DNA of 64,000 nt from Candidatus Avilachnospira sp. (lineage in GTDB: Bacteria > Bacillota > Clostridia > Oscillospirales > Oscillospiraceae): NCBI GenBank assembly GCA_045579045.1, contig JAZNLL010000027.1, positions 4,724-68,723 of the forward strand, given 5' to 3'. Below are positions 59,212-64,000 of the stretch, piece by piece. Each line of letters opens with the position of its first letter. The stretch's first letter is position 1. Below the pieces are notes generated by a model. The model was not told the origin of the DNA. It did not search any database and was given only the letters and a program-made list of their open reading frames with translations. Position numbers and translations under genes: made by a program.

Positions 59212-60650
59212 TTCGCCTCACCGATCCTTTCTGTGACCATCTCAGAGCCGGCTCCGTTTTTCGTGACTGTCTCCATGGGGATTCCCAGTTCCTCCGACAG
59301 TAATTTCATAATATAAGGACCGCAGAAGCCGCCCTGACAGCGCCCCATACCGGAACGGGTGCGGCGCTTGACGCCGTCAACATCTCTGGCCTGAGGATTT
59401 CTGCGGATGGCGGCACGAATCTCCCCTTCGCTGACAGTCTCACAGCGGCAGACGATCTTACCGAAATCCGGGTTCTTTTGAATCATTTCATTCTTCTCTG
59501 CGTCGGTCATGGTACGGAAAGCATGGGGATTCTCCCGATTGCCGTTCCAGTTTTCCTTCTTTTGCAGCTTCAGACCGCCTTCTGCCAGAAGGTTCACCAC
59601 ATACTGCGCAATGGAAACGCAGCAGGTCAGACCGGGAGAGTCGATACCGGCGGCATGGACCAGACCGGGAACCTTCTCAGAGCGGCAGAGGATAAAGTCA
59701 TCCGAAGATTCAGAGGCACGGACACCGGTAAAGGAAGTGATGACCTGACGAAAATCCACAGAAGGCACACTTCTTCTTGCAAGATTCTGCACCTGTTCCA
59801 CACCGGTAGGGGTCACATCCCGACTATCCGGTGTTTCCACATGGGAAGCCGTAGGACCTGTGAGCAGGTTGCCGTCTACGGTGGGACTGACGAGGATGCC
59901 CTTACCGGCCTTGGAGGGCAGTTGGAAGATGGTGTTCTTCACACGGCAGCCTTCTTTTTTATCCAGCAGCAGGTACTCACCGGCTCTGGGGATGATTCGG
60001 AAGAAGCCGTCTCCTGCCAGCTGGGCAATCTGATCGGAATAACCACCGGCACAGTTGACTACCCAGCGAGCCTGCACACACTCTCCGGCAGCGGAAGTAA
60101 GGGTGAACATTTCGGATCTCTCAATGCTCTTCACCGCAAAATTCCGTTTCAGCTCCACGCCGTTATCCATGGCATTGCCTACGGCGGCAATGGTCAGTTC
60201 GTAGGGGCAGATGATGCCGGCAGTGGGCACATGGAGGACCATCGTCACTTCCCTGGAAAGCTGAGGCTCCAGAAGCCTTGCTTCCTCGCCGGTCAGCCGC
60301 TTCATCTGCCCGATGCCGTTGGCAATACCACGCTGATACAGAGCTTCCAAACCTGCATGCTCCGCCCCACCAAAGGCGCAGACCATAGAGCCGTTTTGGA
60401 TATGAGGTACATGAAGCTCCTTTGCGGCCTGATAGAGCAGCGGAACACCGGCTGTATTCAGTTTTGCTTTCATCGTACCGGGGTGGGGGTCAAAGCCGCC
60501 GTGGATAATACCGCTGTTGGCTCTGGAGGCACCGCAGGCAACATCATTTTCCTTTTCCAGCAGGCAGACTGAAAGCTGATACTTGCTCAGTTCCCGTGCC
60601 AGCATACCGCCGATGACACCTGCACCGACAATGGCAACATCGTAAATCAT
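59208..60650 (-). CDS. FAD-dependent glycerol-3-phosphate dehydrogenase/oxidase-like enzyme with BFD-like [2Fe-2S] domain
   Basis: DVAIVGAGVIGGMLAREL, DAO-type body. C-terminal CRCETVSEGEI...RRTRSGMGRCQGGFC. Confidence 0.75.
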   Translation of the reverse strand: MIYDVAIVGAGVIGGMLARELSKYQLSVCLLEKENDVACGASRANSGIIHGGFDPHPGTMKAKLNTAGVPLLYQAAKELHVPHIQNGSMVCAFGGAEHAGLEALYQRGIANGIGQMKRLTGEEARLLEPQLSREVTMVLHVPTAGIICPYELTIAAVGNAMDNGVELKRNFAVKSIERSEMFTLTSAAGECVQARWVVNCAGGYSDQIAQLAGDGFFRIIPRAGEYLLLDKKEGCRVKNTIFQLPSKAGKGILVSPTVDGNLLTGPTASHVETPDSRDVTPTGVEQVQNLARRSVPSVDFRQVITSFTGVRASESSDDFILCRSEKVPGLVHAAGIDSPGLTCCVSIAQYVVNLLAEGGLKLQKKENWNGNRENPHAFRTMTDAEKNEMIQKNPDFGKIVCRCETVSEGEIRAAIRRNPQARDVDGVKRRTRSGMGRCQGGFCGPYIMKLLSEELGIPMETVTKNGAGSEMVTERIGEAK

Positions 60651-60664
60651 AATTTTCTCCTCTT

Positions 60665-60716
60665 AAAAAAGAAACGGAAAGGAAGGCACATTTCTGTGTC
60701 TTTCCTTTCCGTTTCT
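60665..60716 (-). terminator. Strong intrinsic terminator inside the glp operon (candidate GlpP-controlled attenuator)
   Basis: GAAACGGAAAGGAA / TTCCTTTCCGTTTC 14-bp arms plus an inner CACA/TGTG stem, followed on the minus strand by U6. Its U-tract abuts the AGGAG RBS of the gene at 60650. Confidence 0.75.
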
Positions 60717-60735
60717 CCAATTCTCCAACGGGTAT

Positions 60736-61452
60736 TTACTTTAAGAGTTCTGCAACGACCTTCGGAAATTCCCGGTAGTCATCCACCTTAAAAAACCGAT
60801 AGCCTGCCAGAAGAACAGACTCATCGTTTCCGCCAAGGCCGTAGTCATCCCCCACATAGGCCACTTCTTCTTTGGTAAAGCCATGGGTTTCGGCATATTT
60901 TTCGAGGGCGGTGGCTTTATTGTAGGGCTTGGGTGCCATATCAAAGGAAGAAGAACCGCCTACAAATACATTGTAATCGGAAAAGACCTCCGTCACATGT
61001 GCAAGAATGGCACGACGCTTGCTGCGATCCGGGTCGAAGGCCAGCTTGTCCTCCTGCTTGGCCTTTGTTCCAAGGAGCGGAAAGGTGAAGCAGCCGGAGG
61101 CATGGTATTCCACATTGTCACCGGCAAACTCCGTGTAGCCGTACTTTTCACGAAGCATGGTCACTCTGGCTTCGATGCTCTCTTTATCAAAGGGAAAGCT
61201 AATATCATGGCGGATTTCGATGTCGCCGGTTTCCGGGTTGTACTCGGCATACTGCATGCCGTAGCTGCCCAGAATGTCCACAGGAAAATGCTCCATCTGC
61301 TCAAAAATTCTGCGGCACAGACCGGCACCGGACATGAGCAGTTTATATTTCTTGCTGAGCGCTTCCATGGCGGCCCGGTTTTCCGGGGGTATGGGCGTTT
61401 TATGCTGGCTCAAAGTGCCATCCAGATCAAAGGCGATCAGTTTGATACTCAC
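60736..61452 (-). CDS. HAD-superfamily (IIB/Cof-like) phosphatase
   Basis: IAFDLDGTL motif I, GDDYGLGGND motif IV region. Confidence 0.75.
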   Translation of the reverse strand: MSIKLIAFDLDGTLSQHKTPIPPENRAAMEALSKKYKLLMSGAGLCRRIFEQMEHFPVDILGSYGMQYAEYNPETGDIEIRHDISFPFDKESIEARVTMLREKYGYTEFAGDNVEYHASGCFTFPLLGTKAKQEDKLAFDPDRSKRRAILAHVTEVFSDYNVFVGGSSSFDMAPKPYNKATALEKYAETHGFTKEEVAYVGDDYGLGGNDESVLLAGYRFFKVDDYREFPKVVAELLK

Positions 61453-62720
61453 AGGGTGTCCTCCTCGGGGATATAAAGGTTATACAGCCACAGGACGGAA
61501 TAGCGATCCCGGATATCTTTGGCATAGACGGCGGCATCTTTCAGTTTCTGTGCACCGTACATAGCTTCCAGATTGGAATAGTGCAGACCGATGGCTTCCA
61601 CCAGCTGTTCTGCTTCCTCTGCATCGGGAGCTTCCGACAAAAGCTTGCAGATCTCATCCCACTTTTCGGTGATGACATCGATATCATTTCGGTCGTACAT
61701 GCCGTAGGCCTTCTGCAAAGCAAAGACACCTTCGGCAGAGCCGGTATAAATCCGTCGGATTTCCTGTTCCCATTGGGTCTTATCAATCTGTCGACGGACA
61801 GGGTGGCTCTTAATAACCTGGGAACGCATCTTTGCTGTCATCACTGAGGCATAGAGGACATCCAAACCGTGGTCAAAATAAGGCTTATTTTCCTGCAGAC
61901 CGGTGATTTCGAAGAAATGAGAGATATGATGCTCGCTGCCGGAGGCAGGTCTGGAGTTGCCTGCATAAGCCATGGTGATGCCTGCCACCACAAGGGCTTC
62001 CATAAGGGCATCCACCGCCTTGGTATCCCGCTCTAAAATGCCCGGTGCCAGATCCCGGACTTTGATGACCGTGTCATACATTAAGTCATGGACGCGCTGG
62101 CAGAAATATTCGCCGTTAATGAGGGCGCTGAGGCGCCAGTCGTTGAGGCAGGAGAACTTGCCCATGATATCACCGTAGCCGGCCTGCAGCATTTCCATGG
62201 GTGCATTTTTGATGACATCAGACACCGCCAGAATGGCCTTGGGGGTATGGGCAGGCAGGGTGGTCTTCATACCGCCAAAGAGCATGGCTGCCACAGAAGA
62301 AGCATAGCCATCCATGGAAGGTGCGGTGGCAACGATGAAATAAGGAATTCCTCTCTGATGGCTGAGATAACGGCTCATATCGTTGATGACGCCGGAACCG
62401 ATACCCACGATGAGATCGACCTGCTGGGGCATTTCTGCTTCTGCTGCCGCCACGGCAGCTTCGTTGGGAACAAGGCGTTCTTTTCCGGGAAGGACGATAG
62501 TCGCAGGATTCTGCTCTTTCAGCTTTTCAGCTGCAGCCTTGCCGCAGACCTCCCAGGTGTTTTCATCTGCCAGCAGAGCAATATGCGCATAATCCTTACA
62601 TAGCTCTGCCAGACGGTCCAATGCCTTGGGACTGACTTCCACCGTATCGATGGGGCAAAGATGATCTTTACCGCAATCGCAGCCGTAAATACCTTTTGTC
62701 AGTACAGAAAAATCCATCAT
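61449..62720 (-). CDS. sn-glycerol-1-phosphate dehydrogenase (AraM/EgsA-like, Fe-ADH superfamily)
   Basis: ORF trimmed to ATG 62720 after AAGGAG. GIGSGVINDMSRY, ATAPSMDGYAS, SGSEHHISH motifs. Confidence 0.7.
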   Translation of the reverse strand: MMDFSVLTKGIYGCDCGKDHLCPIDTVEVSPKALDRLAELCKDYAHIALLADENTWEVCGKAAAEKLKEQNPATIVLPGKERLVPNEAAVAAAEAEMPQQVDLIVGIGSGVINDMSRYLSHQRGIPYFIVATAPSMDGYASSVAAMLFGGMKTTLPAHTPKAILAVSDVIKNAPMEMLQAGYGDIMGKFSCLNDWRLSALINGEYFCQRVHDLMYDTVIKVRDLAPGILERDTKAVDALMEALVVAGITMAYAGNSRPASGSEHHISHFFEITGLQENKPYFDHGLDVLYASVMTAKMRSQVIKSHPVRRQIDKTQWEQEIRRIYTGSAEGVFALQKAYGMYDRNDIDVITEKWDEICKLLSEAPDAEEAEQLVEAIGLHYSNLEAMYGAQKLKDAAVYAKDIRDRYSVLWLYNLYIPEEDTL

Positions 62721-62727
62721 ATTCTCC

Positions 62728-63288
62728 TTATATATACCAAAGTTCTTTTGTGCCGGTGGAAACTGCAAGGGCACCCTTGCTCAGAGCTGCCGTGATTTCC
62801 TGCTTGGTCTCGATGAGACCGCTGGCGATGACAGGAATGGAGCCCTCTGCATAGGAAGCAATGACCTTGGGAATAACACCGGGTAAAATTTCCATCATAT
62901 GAGGAGTTGTGTTCCGGAGCATTTCCTGTGCGCTGCTCAAGCCCTGAGAATCCAAGGCAAAGAACCGCTGAATAGCCAGAAGCCTCAAATCCTTGGCTGC
63001 TTTGATGAGCTGACCTCGGGTACTGAGGATGCCATCAGCACCGCAGGATGCCAGATACTGCACACCTTCTTTATCCTTGCCAATACCCTCTGCCAGATCA
63101 ATATGAATGAAGATGATCTTCTGCGCCTTATGGGCTTGATCGATCCGTTCCTTCATAGTCAACAGGTGGCTTTCCAGGTAAAACAGAACCTCCGCAGGGG
63201 ATGCCAGTGCTGCTTCAAAATTGCTCTCCCGTACTGCAGCGATCACTGGGCTGCAGGCTAAAATATCCATCAGTTCCGATATATGCAT
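62728..63288 (-). CDS. glpP: Glycerol-3-phosphate-responsive antiterminator GlpP
   Basis: 186 aa. PVIAAVR, FIHIDL, DGILSTR, and size are typical of the GlpP family. Confidence 0.75.
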   Translation of the reverse strand: MHISELMDILACSPVIAAVRESNFEAALASPAEVLFYLESHLLTMKERIDQAHKAQKIIFIHIDLAEGIGKDKEGVQYLASCGADGILSTRGQLIKAAKDLRLLAIQRFFALDSQGLSSAQEMLRNTTPHMMEILPGVIPKVIASYAEGSIPVIASGLIETKQEITAALSKGALAVSTGTKELWYI

Positions 63289-63523
63289 CCAATCATCTCC
63301 ATAAAATGAAAAAAATGCAAACTACGACCGAGTGTCGTATTTTGCATCTCCAAATCTCATGCTATATTGTTTTATCGTATTATGCAGAATATGTCAAGGG
63401 TCGAAACCCTTATTGTGCATCTTCTGCCACTTCTAAAATTTGCGGAAAATTTTCGCAAAACTTCTTGACAAAAGGATGTTTTTCGTGTACACTAAACAAG
63501 CTGTTTGAACAGTGCCCTTCGAT

Positions 63524-63615
63524 GGAGTGGTATCGAAGAGGTCATAACGAGCACGACTGGAAATCGTGTGTACGTCAAAAGCGTACCGAGGGTTCGAATC
63601 CCTCCCACTCCGCCA
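63524..63615 (+). tRNA. tRNA-Ser (anticodon GGA)
   Basis: Acceptor GGAGUGG/CCACUCC, anticodon arm CACGA-CUGGAAA-UCGUG, long variable arm, T arm GAGGG-UUCGAAU-CCCUC, discriminator G, encoded CCA. Promoter TTGACA-17-TACACT upstream and a terminator hairpin (63620..63652) downstream. Confidence 0.9.
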
Positions 63616-63731
63616 GAAATAGACACACACCAAAAGGTGTGTGTCTATTTTTTACCAGAGGGATTCGAAAGCCGGCTCTTGGCAACATGCCAGTGGCATG
63701 TTGCAACCGGCGTGGCTTTTCCGCAGAAAAG

Positions 63732-63756
63732 CGAATCCCTCCCACTCCGCCAGAAA
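63732..63756 (+). repeat. Second copy of the last 25 nt of tRNA-Ser plus flank (direct repeat of 63595..63619)
   Basis: CGAATCCCTCCCACTCCGCCAGAAA occurs twice, 137 nt apart, and each copy is followed by its own terminator hairpin. Confidence 0.85.
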
Positions 63757-63789
63757 AGAAGACATCTACTAAGTAGATGTCTTCTTTTT

Positions 63790-64000
63790 TTATTCTTCTT
63801 TCAGAACATCCACGCAGGCTTGCAGTACCTGCCCGGCGATGGGGGTGCAGGCAGCACTACCGGAGCCGCCGTGCTCGATGATGACAATGAACGCCAAGGG
63901 ATAATCTTCATCCTTGATAAAACCTGCAAAGGTGGCATGAGGTGTGGCATCGGGAGCAACTTCCGCTGTGCCGGATTTGGCACAGACATACAGATCCGGG
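63790..64000 (-). CDS. Penicillin-binding protein (transpeptidase), C-terminal 69 codons only
   Basis: Not in ORF track (no start in window). Frame ending at TAA 63792..63790 reads ...PDLYVCAKSGTAEVAPDATPHATFAGFIKDEDYPLAFIVIIEHGGSGSAACTPIAGQVLQACVDVLKEE, with a K[ST]GT box and HGG tail typical of class B PBPs. Confidence 0.65.
   Translation of the reverse strand, partial: PDLYVCAKSGTAEVAPDATPHATFAGFIKDEDYPLAFIVIIEHGGSGSAACTPIAGQVLQACVDVLKEE

Noticed and set aside
63650-63756. Second tRNA gene downstream of tRNA-Ser.
   Set aside because: Only the T-arm 3' half and the acceptor 3' strand are present. No complementary acceptor 5' strand, D arm or anticodon arm can be drawn.
63801-63989. 62-aa ORF from the track at the right edge.
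   Set aside because: Its product is Pro/Ser-rich and motif-less. Another frame on the same strand gives a clean penicillin-binding-protein C-terminus (KSGTAE ... HGGSGS) ending at 63790.

Overview
Chromosomal segment of a moderately GC-rich Gram-positive anaerobe. The gene content and regulatory RNAs look Clostridia-like: T-boxes, CIRCE, a GlpP antiterminator, SLH-domain wall protein, and ZTP and glycine riboswitches. Most of the window is housekeeping: secA, clpB, thrS, glyA, rsmA, lspA/rluD, copA/csoR, purO/purH, a glycerol operon, a two-component system, and tRNA-Gly and tRNA-Ser. There is no CRISPR array and no obvious defence or phage island. The only mobile element is a frameshifted IS200-type copy next to tRNA-Gly.

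The standout region is 1..14023. It holds three T-box leaders whose specifier positions read GUC (Val), AUC (Ile) and probably CUG (Leu). I read these by register with the thrS T-box in the same window, whose specifier ACC matches its gene. Each of the three leaders gates a different acyl-CoA synthetase. Two synthetases carry a complete XRE-HTH + cupin module at the N-terminus; the third is fused to a xylose-isomerase-like TIM barrel and follows a catalytically degenerate LeuA homologue.

The Val-gated operon continues through a P-loop NTPase and a four-subunit 2-oxoacid:ferredoxin oxidoreductase into a Leu/Val dehydrogenase. That order is what one expects for activation, reductive carboxylation and amination of short branched-chain fatty acids into Val, Ile and Leu.

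Other regulatory RNAs and sites seen directly in the sequence are:
- a ZTP riboswitch before purO/purH
- a singlet glycine riboswitch before glyA
- a Thr T-box before thrS
- CIRCE before clpB
- a CsoR operator
- a terminator inside the glp operon that is a candidate GlpP target

All protein calls come from motif recognition by eye. No database search was run.
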